From: Octopus sinensis
Taxonomy: Eukaryota
Direction: 5' to 3'
Assembly (NCBI RefSeq): GCF_006345805.1
Contig: NC_043012.1
Span: 2,790,001 to 2,854,000, forward strand
DNA length: 64,000 bases
Shown: one piece after another, positions 24,799 to 38,207 of the stretch
Layout of the letters: each line of letters starts with the position of its first letter
How positions within the stretch are numbered: position 1 is the stretch's first letter
Program-made: the position numbers and the translations under genes
Notes under the pieces: model-generated
Told to the model about the DNA's origin: nothing
Database searches by the model: none
The model's input: the letters and a program-made list of their open reading frames with translations, nothing else

Positions 24799-26465
24799 TG
24801 TCTGCGCATTTTTAGCCACGGCATCCCTAACCCACACTTCAGCGGATTTTGGCAGCAGATAGAGTGCCTTACAAGAGGTCTGCTGCCCCTCCACATAAAG
24901 CGAAAGAGCATGCGTTCCAGCTTGTTCAGCCACGAATCGGGGCAAGGCACGACGGTCAAGCGGTAAGTGATTACAGAGGCGATAAACACCTCTGCAACCT
25001 CCGCCCTCCCTTTCAAGGACAGCTTCCGCTCAGACCAGGTCTGAGTTAGGAGAGTCACCTTTCTTGCCACCTCGCTCCAATTCTTCTCTATCTGGAGATA
25101 TGGACCTAACTAGATTCCAAGCATTTTCACCGGCCCTTCCGTCCAACGTTCTACGACGCTGTCGGAAGACATCGACTTGCCCCTCTAGGTGCCGAGTTGC
25201 AAGCCGACCGATTCATCCCGGTTGACTTTCGCTCCTGCCACCGCTTCGTAATCCCTTAAGGCCTCACCCACCCACTGTAGGTGCTCGACTCGGGATACGA
25301 TGACGGTGATGTCGTCCGCATACGCCGAAGCTGACTTTCCGCACCCTAGATCTTGCGGAGTGCCCCTCATAGTTTCCAACCTCCTCAGCAACGGCTCGAG
25401 GGCCAAAACGTAGAGAAGCGGGGAGAGAGGGCACCCTTGATGTACCGAACGTTCAATGCGGAACGGCTCTGAAAAGAAACCGTTCACCCGAACTACCGAT
25501 TCGATGTTGCTGTATAAAGCGTTGATCCATTCGCGGAAGGTCGGGCCGAGACCAGCAGCCGCGAGGACCGCCGCCAGATACTGATGGTTCTTCCTATCGA
25601 ACGCTTTCGATTGGTCCAAGTGGACCATAGCCCCACCCTTGCCAGGAATCCTATTTACTCTTTCTAAGGCATAGCGTAGAAAGTGGAGATTGTCGTGGAT
25701 GGTCCTTCCAGGGATGGCGCAAGTTTGCACCTCGGCAACAAGTTCACCCACGACCCGCGCCAACCCTTTTGCTAAGACCTTGGCCAAAATCTTCAACTCT
25801 GCGTTAAGCAGAGTGATGGGCCGAAACTTATCAATTAAATCCCCCTTGTTTGGGTCCTTTCTTAACAGCGCTACCACCCCTCGGCTCACAGACTTAGGAA
25901 TTCTCCCGTTCTGCTGCCAGTTGGTGTACACGCACGCAAGTAGGTGCCCAAACAAGTCTGGCATGCTACTATAGAGTTCGTAAGGCAGACCATCGAGTCC
26001 CGGCGATTTGTCCCCGCCGCAGTCTGCCAACACATCCTCGACTTCCTTGGCTGTGATCGGCGCCTCACAAGATTCCGCATCCGGCCTCGATAGACGCGGC
26101 GAACCGGCTAAGAAGTCTGCGAGTTTCTCCCCGCACTCCAGTCCGCCGCTCCTCCCGAATAGCTGGGCGAAATGATCGTGAAACACCTTGCACATCTCCA
26201 CGGGTTCGTTTACTGATCGACCATTTGGGACCGTCAAAGATCCTAAATGCTGCGTTGATCCCTTCCTGTCTCATTGCACGGATCTTATCCCTGACAATGC
26301 GCCCTTCATGTTTAGCTTTGATATATTGGTTGAGTGCCAACCTCGCCGCTAACACTTTCGATGCATTGCCTGACCTCATTGCCTCATCTATTGCCTTAAC
26401 TAGTTCCTTTTCTACTTTGTTTCTAGCACTAGCTAATTCTTTGCTAAACCTAATTGACTCAGAGA
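24799..26465 (-). mobile_element. Tx1/L1-group LINE ORF2 fragment (reverse transcriptase), truncated at both ends
   Basis: KSPGLDGLPYELY, RPITLLNAELKILAKVLA, DQSKAFDR, GCPLSPLLYVLALEPLL, YADDITV, LSLKGRAEV; collinear 26237->24799 with two in-frame TAG stops. Confidence 0.92.
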
Positions 26466-26686
26466 GAGATAGTCAAAATGTGAGAACTAGATACGCTCAA
26501 TATAGAAAATACGTTGTAGTACTCGAAAGAATCGAACTTAAACTCCGAAGTCTTTATAGAGGGATAGGTCCACAGAGTAAAGAGTGGTTGTAAGAGAAAT
26601 CCAAGTAAAGTGATACCGAGATAGTGATGACCATTTAACGGTTGCATATCCATCACTTTTTGCACATTCCATCAGTTAATTATGAA

Positions 26687-26935
26687 CGTGGCTGTGTGGT
26701 AAGTAGCTTGCTTACCAACCACATGGATCCGGGTTCAGTCCCGTTGCGTGGCACCTTGGGCAAGTGTCTTCTACTATAGCCTTGGGCCAGCTAAGGCCTA
26801 GTGAGTGGATTTGGTAGAAACTGAAAGAAACTAAAGGTGGTGCTTCAGCATGGCCACAGTCAAATGACTGAAACAAGTAAAACAACCCGGAATCATGTGG
26901 TTGGTAAACAAGCTACTTACCACACAGCCACTCCT
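26687..26935. mobile_element. Rearranged SINE family A (plus copy with an internal deletion, then an inverted 5' piece)
   Basis: Head jumps directly to the tail at about 26825; an inverted head follows at 26885-26935. Confidence 0.75.
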
Positions 26936-27103
26936 ACGCCTTAGACATTTTAAAAAAATCTTATTCTAACCAAGAACATGTCATTGGTCCTCCTGGTTAT
27001 TACGATAAAGATTACTGACTTACCAATATCTTTGTTTCCTTTTTCTTCAAAGAAGTGACCCTTAGAGATAGATAGAAGCACACACACACACACACACACT
27101 CTC

Positions 27104-27134
<31 letters not shown>

Positions 27135-27786
27135 CTCTAACACACACACACACACACACACACATAGTATGAGAATGAATGCAAAGAAATGTATGAAATT
27201 AAACGGTTTTTTTTTTCAGTTTTGTGAAAAGGTCTTTATGGATCTATTTCCTGTTTTTTTGCAAAATAGAAATGAAGACGGAATTTAAATACACTGTTTG
27301 TTCACCTATTTATCTTGTAGTTTTATTTAGCTCTACCCTATTTATATTATGAATGTATGTATATTTCCCCCCCCCCCCTTCGAAACGTGTCATCTTTTAT
27401 TTAACCCCTTTCAGCTACCCCCCCTCCATTCATCGATGTTTGTTCTATCTACTTCTTTGTCAACACCGCACACAGTCTCCAGGTACCATTGAATCGAAGC
27501 TCCTATATCGGAAATGTATTCCGGGCGCGTTGTCCGTCCTTTCAAGAAACCCGTTCGCGCATGACCGAATAAAGTGATACGCAAGTTCCTGTTCTGCTTA
27601 TTTACTGAACCGTCGTCGTTCGCCGTTATCATCATTCATAACTTCACAACAAACTGACAGCCTTCACACGGCTCTTCACCTGATTTTCGTTAATTTATAT
27701 TTATTTAACGTGCTTTTTTTTTCCCCTACATATATTCGTCCTAACCCTATTCTACCATGTGATTGAAACACGTGGCATCATTACAA

Positions 27787-27846
<60 letters not shown>

Positions 27847-28351
27847 CCCTAATACAAACTGGAAAAAAAAAAGACAACGATAGAAGGGAGATTTTAGACA
27901 CGCGCAAATATAGCAATTATCGTTTCGTTTCGATTTCATTCATTTTTTTTTCTTTTCCCCTTTCGTGAATTTTTTGTGTTTTTGTAATTTTTGTTGTTCC
28001 TGATGTATCTCCCCAAACCCCCCACCACCACCACCACCATATCACCGTCAACACCGCCGCCATCCATTTCTCTCCCTGCTTCTATCCACGTCTCTTTCCG
28101 TTGTTATTTGTCCTAGCTTGTTGCTAAAATAAAGACCGGTAGTGTAAATTTAACCGAGTTTGCTTCACCGTATCAAACGAAACTCTCACGAGGAAACTAT
28201 CTAATCCGTTGAACGATGCGATCACAGCTGGTCTGTATTGCTTATTAAGCTTCATATCTGCCACTCGATTTACACTAACGATTAGCAGATGTCGTTTCCA
28301 AAGCGTTACCTACCCGCCCTGGCCTTCATTTAACTGATATCAATTTGATTA

Positions 28352-28388
<37 letters not shown>

Positions 28389-28479
28389 AAGGTGTACATA
28401 TACACACAAACACAAAAATACTCGTATAAGCGTTTAAGTTTAAGCATACTGCGTACATAAATCTCCCTCACTCCCCTCC

Positions 28480-28534
<55 letters not shown>

Positions 28535-29182
28535 AATGTCTACATGTATAGGAATATGTATCTCCATGAGTAAGTGGAAATACATATGAATGCATGTATA
28601 TATTTGCATGTGTGTTCATACAACATAGACAAACGCATAATCTTTAAAATCAGCCAAAATCACACACACACCTCCACACACACACACAGTCTCTCTCTAT
28701 ACATGATCAATGCACCTGGCGAAGTAAGCTACCCCTTTCTCTATAGATCTTTTAAATCGTTGTTATTTATTTGAACACTCGAGACAACCAGACGATGGAA
28801 AGCGTGTAGATTAGTTGGAAGAAATACAGAATTTACACAGAAAAGCAAAGTTCCTCTCTATCGAGATGACGATAACCTATATATTGCAAACCGCATCTGT
28901 CATCAGCTGTCTTACCTCAAAGGTACTGAATATAGAGATTTGCCTTTGTTTTGTTTCACCTTTACTTTACATAATTAGTGAAGCTTTGCTAAAGAAGACA
29001 ACGATGCTTTAGCGAATAAAAGTAAAATAAATTATTGAAAATGAAAAAGAAAGTTCATCTCAAATGTAAAGGAAAAAAGCGTAAACGGATCTCCGTCGGT
29101 TTCGGTGGTGAGTGTTCACTCGTTCCATCAGCTGAATGTACTGGCCCATTGAAATGGCTGAATATTATTATTACACTTACAA

Positions 29183-29400
29183 AGGCGGTGAGCTGGCAGA
29201 ATCGTAAGCACGTCGGGCGAAATGCTTACCGACATTTTGTCCGTCTTTAAGTTCAAATTCCGCCGAGGTCAACTTCGACTTTCATCCTCTCGAAGTCGAT
29301 AAAATGAATACCAGTTGAGTCCTGGAGTCGATGTAATCGACTCACCCCTACCTCCAAAATTTCAGGCCTTGTAGACTAGAGTAGAAAGGATTATTATTAC
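29183..29400 (+). mobile_element. SINE family B copy
   Basis: AAGGCGGTGAGCTGGCAGAATCGT head and (ATT)n tail. Confidence 0.8.
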
Positions 29401-30854
29401 ACAGACTTGGAATTTTCCCCTTTGAACGGCAGATCGAGAAATTAATTTTTTGTAACTAAACACTTAAAAAGAGTATTGGAACAAGGACTTATAATCCGAT
29501 TGTGAACATTATTGTTGCTCATCCGTACGAAGCAAGTCAACAGGAAAACTTCTCCAGAACAAACTCCTATGTAACTCCTGTTGACATGACCTTGGTGTTT
29601 GTGTCTGCTAAAATACAAGTCTCAATTTTCTCTTCCACACCTTAATTAATGGGAGCTTTTGTTCCTCCCCATCAGAGTGATGTCACAGGCTGTTGTCTAA
29701 TATATTTTGAAATTCCATTCTTCAAATTAGTTTCGGTCCCTGCCAGTGAAGCTTTGTGCAAAGCGACTCTAAATTAAAAGACATAGAAAGAAAGTACACA
29801 CTTGTCGCTTTTCCCCCGTGTCTGCTATCAACTTCATTGGAGATATTTACTTTGTCGCATTGAATAGAAATTAAATACGAGAACAATTTAAGTACTCTGG
29901 TACTCCCCAGTGTATAAACTCCGTACCACATTCACCTCCCCACCCGCATTTCTCATTCATTGCAATTCCCTTCTCATTCACTTCCTGTCCCTACCAAATA
30001 CCCTATTCACCCACTTTTCACTTCCGGCGTTCATTATTCGACACAACGTATTATTGAAGAGCCTGTGGCTCATACGTGTTTTTTTATCCACTTCTCAAAA
30101 GTAACCAAATCTACTGACACTCGACAAACTCTCTTTTGGGCTAACAAATCCACAAAGAGTTAAAACAAGAGTTGATAGCCATCACCATGCTTAAGGTTTC
30201 TTATGTATCGTTTACACACTTTTGTCACTGCTCAATTTGATTCATGTCTTTGAGGTCTTGTGTGGGATTACATTTTTCTGATAAATTTTCACCAAAACTA
30301 GGCATTTTTTTTCTATTATCAAGGCTGATTTGTAGGTATTCATGTCATTTTACATCCTGGTTTCAAATCCTGCGTTGATCAACGTTGTCTTTCATCCATC
30401 ATAGGTCGGCAATGTAATATACTGACTTTCAAATCAATCAGTTATATCTCTTCCAAACAAGCGCGTGGCCTTTAAAAGATCAATATGAATTTCTCACATT
30501 CAGTACAAGGCCACAAATGGTGGTGGTGGTGGTGGTGGTGGTGTGTATGAGTGTATGGAGGGGGTTATAGTTTAGATATCGATCCCAGTACATTACTGGT
30601 ATATATTTCAAGATAACACAATTAAAAATAATTAAATACGACTGAGTGACAGAAACGGCAGCACTTATGGCGAAATATACCGAGGAAATTGGTTACGTTC
30701 TTCGTTCAAAATCTATCTTAGTTTGAATTTTCGATAAAGTACATACCAGTCAAGTACAGGAGGCGATTTAAAAAAAAAATTGGCATACTTACACAAGTAT
30801 ACCCCTACCAATTTTGTTTCCTCATAACTCTTCGAATAATAATAATAATAAATA

Positions 30855-31094
30855 AATGCACCCTTTTAAAGCCTAGCCAGGCTCATGGGCCCGGTTCCTA
30901 TGGCGTATGTGTTCTCCAGCTGGACGGGACGCCAGTCCATCGCAGCATTACTCATTTTTGCCAGCTAAGTGGACTGGAGCAACGTGAAATGAAGTGTTTT
31001 GCTCAAGAACACAACGCGTCGCCCGGTCTAGGAATCGAAACCACAATCTTACGATCATGATGCTGATACCTTAACCACTAAGCCACGCGCCTCC
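30855..31094 (-). mobile_element. tRNA-derived SINE (family C tail, CORE-like centre)
   Basis: tRNA-like head on minus; tail matches 21790-21882. Confidence 0.75.
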
Positions 31095-31828
31095 ACCTTC
31101 GAAAAATAACTATTTCAAATTAAATTTTGGTGTACATTGCGATTATATCGGAATTTCATGTGGAAAAAGAAAGAAAAATTGGTGGACGAACACACATACA
31201 TATCAACATACATCACATGTTTATGTAAAACTTTCAAGTTCCAATTTGCTGATATATGTGATGTGTGTCAGTGTGTATGTGTACGCGCCCGTCGATTTTT
31301 TTCCCCCACATTAAATTCCAATACAATCAATCTACACTATCTAAAGGGCAATCATAGAAAATTTCATTGAAAAAATATCCATTTTTCTGAAAGTTACTGG
31401 AAGTCGAGAGGGCTCACATTTGTATAGCTGTACCAAAACTTGTACCAGTAATATACTATTATACTGAAAACACATTTTGTCGACGATATAGATTTCTAGT
31501 TTGATGGACTTCAATAATATAATTTACTTCGTTAAATTTTGCACTCTGAATATATATGAATATACAAAGTATACGACTTTTTTTTTGCTGTTGGACTAAC
31601 GATTGTAGAATCGTAAATTCGATTCCCAGACTAAGCATTGTATTCTTGGACAAGGTATTTCATTTCACGCGGCTCCTAACGATTCAGTTGAAACTAAGTT
31701 GTGACTGCTACTGAGTGGCACTTCGCAGATAGTTATCACAAAATCTTACGCGATGCCAACGTTTTTTGTTGTTTAAGATTCGGTGGATAGTAATACTATA
31801 TGAATATAGAGTAGATCAATATATAAGT

Positions 31829-32252
31829 GACTGCCATATTAGCTTGGCGATAACTATTAATATCCAGTACCGATGCCGTAGTATCCTTTAGAGAGACTTA
31901 GAAATATTAATATTTCTATTTTTGAAAACTGAATTTAGGTAAATAATCCTTCGAAAAGACGCCTGTTGGGTTCGGCTGCTCTGCATTGATAAGGGGCAAA
32001 TACCCTGAAACTAGTCTGCAGATGCCTGACCAGCAAGGGGAAGCGGCTGTCCTCCCCTGCTCGGAAGTTATAATGGACACAGATTCGTGTGTCACATAGC
32101 TAGCTAGAGGTGGTGGCCTCTTGGAGCTAATCAACGGCAGCATTCGTCCTATATTTCTGGACTGCCATATTAGCTTGGCGATAACTATTAATATCTAGTA
32201 CCGCTGCCGTAGTCTCCTTTACAGAGAGACTTAGAAATATTAGTATTTCTAT
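31829..32252. repeat. 91/93 bp direct repeats flanking a 240 bp segment
   Basis: 31829-31919 vs 32160-32252: 4 substitutions plus a 2-bp indel. Confidence 0.9.
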
Positions 32253-32784
32253 ACTGTTAATTTTTATTTTGAAAATGAACAATTTCACAATACTGAGATA
32301 GTGGTACACTTGCCAGATACATATTCAACGTAGACATGGCAACACATACCCATAACATTTTCAAATATATATCCAAAAGACTTAGTTTCCTTGAAAATAC
32401 TTCAGCTTTGATCAACCAATTGCGGATCTTCTACAAAATCTCATATTCGAAACGGTTCTACAGCGTGACATAGAAATATCCCCAAACCACGTTCGACCTA
32501 TTGTAAATATTCATTCACCAACATATTACGTTATAGTTGGTTGATGAAAATATTTGTTTTAGGAGAGGGAAAGAGAAAAGGAACCGAGCAGAGGCCTCGG
32601 TTCACTTAATGCCTTTGTCTCTCCTCTTCTCACGAACACTTTTGTCTTACTTCACTCACCAGAGATCCCGCAGGAAACAGTTCGCCCAAGATTGCTTCGG
32701 AGAATAACTTCCCTGTAAAAACAAGAATCGGCAACAGGTGTTATCTGTGGGTCTCGAACATTTTCAATTTTTCTTTTAATTCAG

Positions 32785-33125
32785 TGTGGCTGTGTGGTAA
32801 GAAGTTTGCTTCCCAACCATATGGTTCCAGGTTCAACCCCATTGTGTGGCACCTTGGGCAAGTGTTTTCTCTACAGGCATTTGCCGACCAAAGCCTTCTG
32901 AGTGAACGAGTGAGTGAGTATGTATGTGTGTGTGTTTGTTTTCAATACCGTTTGACAGCTGTATTGCAGTGTTTACATCCCCCGTAACTTAGCGGTTCGG
33001 TAAAAAGAACCGAAAGAATAAGTACCAGGCTTTAATGAATATATATAAATGCCGGGGTCGATTCATTCGACTAGAAATTCTTCAAAGCGGCGCCCCAGCA
33101 TGGCCGCAGTCAAATGACAAAAAGT
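32785..33125 (+). mobile_element. SINE family A, diverged copy
   Basis: Head and tail motifs present. Confidence 0.8.
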
Positions 33126-33613
33126 AAAATATATTTATGAGCCACTGAGCAGTTGGTAGCTTTTACATAGATTTTTGTGTCACGATTGCCAGTGATGAAA
33201 ATATATGAGGTATACGTCATAAAGTATGCAGGCTTTGGGGTGGGGGCATTTTCTTCACATGCGCAATATAATACAGAAGTGTGTTGTGAGCAAAAGTAGA
33301 ACTAAACAAAAGTGGGTCATTATAAAGCAGAATTGCTGAACCCTGCTCTTGAAATATCATTCTGTCCATGTTGTTTAGAATCAAAGTTAACTGATACAAA
33401 AAATCTAAGATGAAAAGTACTCCACCCGTGACCATCCCACTTTTGTGGTTATCTAGGATTGTATTATCTAGTGTGACTTCCCTTGATTAAGACGCTAGCG
33501 TTTTATTTAAGGGAAATTCGACCATTTTTTTTAGCCGGTTTGAAGACCTCACATTTCTTCAATTGGTACAAACCTACCTAAGTTCATTTAACATCAGCTA
33601 CATTAAAACTCAC

Positions 33614-33664
33614 CAGCCTGGAACGGTCTGCAGAGTCCACCATGCTCAACGCTTCCCTCTTCTC
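33614..33664 (-). other. Candidate exon, possibly carrying a start codon (MVDSADRSRL)
   Basis: AGCATGG Kozak-like ATG at 33643; donor CTG|GTGAGT at 33614; acceptor TAATAG at 33665. Confidence 0.25.
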
Positions 33665-34582
33665 CTATTACAAACACATATGCGAAACTGCAAACAGCCA
33701 AGGTGAAAAGCATTACTTCACCATAGTATATACGTCATTTTCATATATGGCTTCAAAATAGGAAGTTTGGTTTCTTCGACTCTTTTTGCAGAACTACCAA
33801 AAACTGGTCTATGAATGGACAAGGAGAAAAAAAATCACGATTCACAGATTGTCCTGAGATCAAAGACTTGCTGTTGAATGTTTTCAGCTGTGAGTACCTC
33901 GCTTAAGAATAGTCAAGGATCCAGTGAGGGGAGGGAAATTGGGTAACAGATTAAATCTTAAGTATTAATAATCTATGTAAAAGTCCCTCAGCGTTTAAAA
34001 GACAAATTTATATATTTGCATATTAAATCATACAGTAAATTATTGATTTGTTTATTAATTACTGGTTAATGTTCCCCACCTTTCTATTCCAACCTGTCTT
34101 GAGACTGCTCTTGGAACTGTGATTTACCATTCGCGTTTTAGCATGATCTAAATTAAAATCTTCTATCAAAGTTTCAGGTTAATTTGTTTCAAGCACCAGC
34201 TTAACAATGGTAAAGTTACTTCACTAAACTCTTGATTATTTAAAAAATTAACTGAAGTGGTGTATTTTTAAAAAAAAAGCACCATGTTAACGAGAGGGTT
34301 AAACAGAAAATATCTCTTAGTGAAGTCGAAAGACGTTTGTCTTCGAGTAGCTTCGGTCTTTGAGTTGATATGGCAATGAGTTGTTATATGGTACGTTATA
34401 CGTAAAATTACAGACGTATGAAACATTAAGCTCGTTTGAAATAGGGTTTCAGCTACGAAGCTCTAAATTCCTGACATGTTGCCAGTGGGCTTCCTGCGCC
34501 AACCAGACCACCAGACGGTTAAATCATCTACAAGATATGTATTTAAAAGACAGGGATGGAAACGCCTATTTTAATGAAAATT

Positions 34583-34613
<31 letters not shown>

Positions 34614-34764
34614 CACGCTTATATAACCTCTTCACACACACACACACACACATTGTGTATACGCATGTGTGTATCAAACAAATATGTACATTCAGATATA
34701 CATAAATGTATGAATGTTTGTGTGTACATGATTATATTCAGAGCAATGTGTTGGCAGTGAAAGC

Positions 34765-35110
34765 GCAATACCTATGTATATGTGTGTGTATGTATGTATA
34801 CCTATGTATATGTGTGTGTGTGTGTATGTGTGTATGTATATATGTATACCTATGTATATGTGTGTGTATGTATGTATGTATATATGTATACCTATGTATA
34901 TGTGTGTGTATGTATGTATACATATATGTATACCTATGTATATGTGTGTGTATGTATGTATACATATATGTATACCTATGTATATGTGTGTGTATGTATG
35001 TATACCTATGTATATGTGTGTGTGTATGTGTGTATGTATACCTATGTATATGTGCGTGTATGTATGTATGTATACCTATGTATATGTCTGTATGTATGTA
35101 TGTATGTATG

Positions 35111-35165
<55 letters not shown>
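34765..35165. repeat. Minisatellite of CCTATGTATATGTGTGTGTATGTATGTATA-type units, then (TA)n
   Basis: CCTATG anchor repeated about 9 times. Confidence 0.9.
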
Positions 35166-35167
<2 letters not shown>

Positions 35168-35734
35168 TATTCTTGTTGTATAAAGTTGGAGGTGGGCAGA
35201 AGATAAATGATTGTGCTTAAAAACGAGTACATCGTACATTATTTTCACGGGAAGTATGTCTGTGATCGCTTTATTAATATAGGTTCGCGATGTGGGCAGA
35301 CTTTCCACAATGTCAGAATGCCCACCATCTGAATGCGCAGTGAAATAGGACCGACTTTTTAATCATTTTTCATTTTGTCAGTGGAAGGGTGTTTCTTATT
35401 GCTGTTGTTAATTTGTTGTACATGTTGACGAGTGAATGAGCTACTCCACTTTTGCTATCTTTACCGTCAGGTGTGTGTGTGCGTGTGCGTATGTGTGTAC
35501 ATTTATATGTATGTATCTTCTCGCGGGTCGTTTCTGAACGACAACCAAATCATATTTGTGATCCCTTTTCGCTGCTAATGGTTTCTACGTAGTCGCTAAA
35601 CCCTGCTCTGGAAATATCAGCTCAGTCATCAGCGTAAGTGACTCACCAATGCTATCGGCATTTCTAGTTTTTGAAACTAGCTTGTTAATTTTATATGATG
35701 GAACAAAACCTCTCTTATTTTTGTAACTTTAGAG

Positions 35735-35929
35735 CAGTGCTCCGCAACCGGTATGCCGCGGCACACTGATGTACCACGAGACGATGCTAGTATGCCGCTG
35801 TGTAATCTGAATATAGCCCCCCCCCCCCGCCATACTCTAAGTTATATTTTTAGTTCAGGTGTGCCACCGAATTTTGAAAATGATATAAATGTACTGCAAA
35901 TGAAAAAAAAAAAAGGTTACGGAGCATTG
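35735..35929. mobile_element. hAT-like MITE
   Basis: TIR CAGTGCTCCGCAACC / GGTTACGGAGCATTG (13/15); no 8-bp TSD visible. Confidence 0.5.
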
Positions 35930-37008
35930 TAAAGGTTCTCAACCCATTTTGGCCAAATTCCCCTCTTTTGACCCTTGGAATCACAAATCCCACCACCCAC
36001 CCACCCACTACAGAATATTTTTATTTTTCAATATACTACTTATTTCGATATCAGTAGATAATAATTAAAAGATGAAGGGCGTCATTTTACAATATGCGCT
36101 TGAACGCAATTGGGAGTACAAATGTACAAATTGAAATGAAAAAAATAAAAACCCCAAAAAACCAACCAAACAAATAAATGGTCTTATGAAGAAAATTTTG
36201 GTAATTGCATTTATTTCCAACACGCGACACTTATGAGATCAACGTGTTGTCTATCGAAAGAGTGCTCTTTGGTACATTTGAAACCTTTCCGATTTCCCTT
36301 ATGAAAACGGCTAGAACTTGTCACAATCTGACATTTAAGTTATTGTCACCCGGGAAGAGGATTTTATATGCTCGAGAAAGCGAGTGTATTTAATAGAAAT
36401 CGTTGAAATATATATTACTTCAGATGTGTAGCGAGTTCTGGAGGATGGTATCCATTGTACTTAGATCTAGTTAGTCTGAGTCACAAAAACAGTCCCCTTT
36501 TAAAATAAAGTTTAAAAAATCTGAAAATTTGTCATTTTAAACACCCATTTCTTATTCATTTGAACCATAGAATTTATTTAGAAAAAATTTGACGGAAAAG
36601 TTACAGACGTTTAAAATCCGAAAAACTCCATTTTTAGCCAAATAATAAACTTTCGTTGTAGCGAATGGTGTGAACTTTGTGGTTGTACCCTGTGTGACCT
36701 GTTCATTGTAGGTTTCTAAATAAAGATAAATATCTTATGAAGTCATGTTTTTTTGTTTTTACATTATTTAACGTTGTGTTAACAACAAACAAGATGAGGA
36801 CAAATATCTGTCAAATGTAAATAATGTACATAATTCCTCATCTCCTAAATATAGAACTGTATTTTTTTTTGTTTTATTAATGTATTTGTATGTGTTTGGA
36901 TAAATGTTTACAAGTGCATCCGCATAAGCAGTTATTTGCAATAATGGCGGGTCCTTTATCGCAAATAGCTGTTACGGGGAGCAGGGCATACTGAAATAAC
37001 TTGGGATC

Positions 37009-37515
37009 AATCCGGCACTTTGGCTAGACCGCCTCCTCCTCCACTGACTACTTTCAATCTGGCACTTTGGCTAGACTGCCTCCTCTTCCACGGAGTACGT
37101 TTAATCCGGCACTTTGGTTAGACTGCCTTCTCCTTCATGCACTTAATTTAATCCGGCACTTTGACTAAACCGCCCCTTCCTCCAGGGACCACGTTTAATC
37201 CGGCACCTTGGCTAGACTTAGCCCTCTTCACGGACTCCCTGTAATCCGGTAGTTTGGTTAGACTTAGTCCTCTCCACTGATTCACTCTAATCCGGCACAC
37301 TGGTTAGACTTTAGCCCCTCCCAGGACTCCCTCCAATCGGGCACTTTGGCTAGTCTTAGCTCCCTGCACGAACTCCCTCTAATCCGGCAGTTTCGTTAGA
37401 ATTACCCCCATCCACGCACTCCCTCGAATCCGGCACTTTCACTAGACTGCCTCCCTCCACGGACTATGTTTAACACGGCACTGGGTACAATGCTCTCCTC
37501 CACGGGAATACGTTT
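37009..37515. repeat. 11-unit 44-47 bp minisatellite (AATCCGGCACTTTGGCTAGAC...)
   Basis: Unit starts at 37009, 37056, 37103, 37150, 37197, 37243, 37289, 37335, 37381, 37427, 37472. Confidence 0.95.
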
Positions 37516-38006
37516 AATGCGTTTTTTGCTTTCATTTATCTTATGGAAATACGCGATGCAACGGAAAAAAAAAATCATTCTATTTAGGGTGAAAAAGTGT
37601 AATCCGCACGAGACGCTGTGTTGTTCATACATTTCCTGTCAGCATTATGAAATACAATGGCTTCATTTTAGAATCGAAACCGTGTAATCGATATGTCTCT
37701 TTTCTCGCCTTAAATCGATCACCCTATTTTATCAACAACAAAAATTAAAGGCCAACTCGACCTCAGCGGGATTCGAACTCGGAGCGAAAATGCCAATACA
37801 CTGGCTTCCTTCCTTCATTGGCAGAACTATAATTTCGATTCAACGCACAAAATCTAAAATTTAAGATGAGGAATATTGTCGATTATATCGAAACCATTAT
37901 TAATTCCAGGAAGATTTTGATCGATCTTAGGAAAATAAAAGCAAAGCCGCCCTCAACAGCATTCGAACTCAGAACCTAAAGGGTAGTAAGTATATAATGC
38001 AACGTA

Positions 38007-38174
38007 TAGGCGTAGGAGTGGCTGTGTGGTAAGTAGCTTGCTTACGAACCACATCGTTCCGGGTTCAGTCCCACTGCGTGGCACCTTGGGCAAGTGTCTT
38101 TCTACTATAGCCTCGGTCCGACCAAAGCCTTGTGAGTGGATTTGGTAGACGGAAACTGAAAGAAGCCCGTCATA

Positions 38175-38207
<33 letters not shown>

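Noticed and set aside
31829-32252. LTR retrotransposon or TRIM
   Set aside because: No TG...CA termini, primer-binding site, polypurine tract or TSD
33792-33889. Plus-strand exon (TTTTTGCAG...GCT|GTGAGT)
   Set aside because: Good splice motifs and one open frame, but 98 nt long, no recognisable product and no supporting plus-strand exons
37009-37515. CRISPR-like repeat-spacer array
   Set aside because: The variable halves are homologous to one another, the repeats are degenerate, there are no cas genes and the context is eukaryotic; it is a minisatellite
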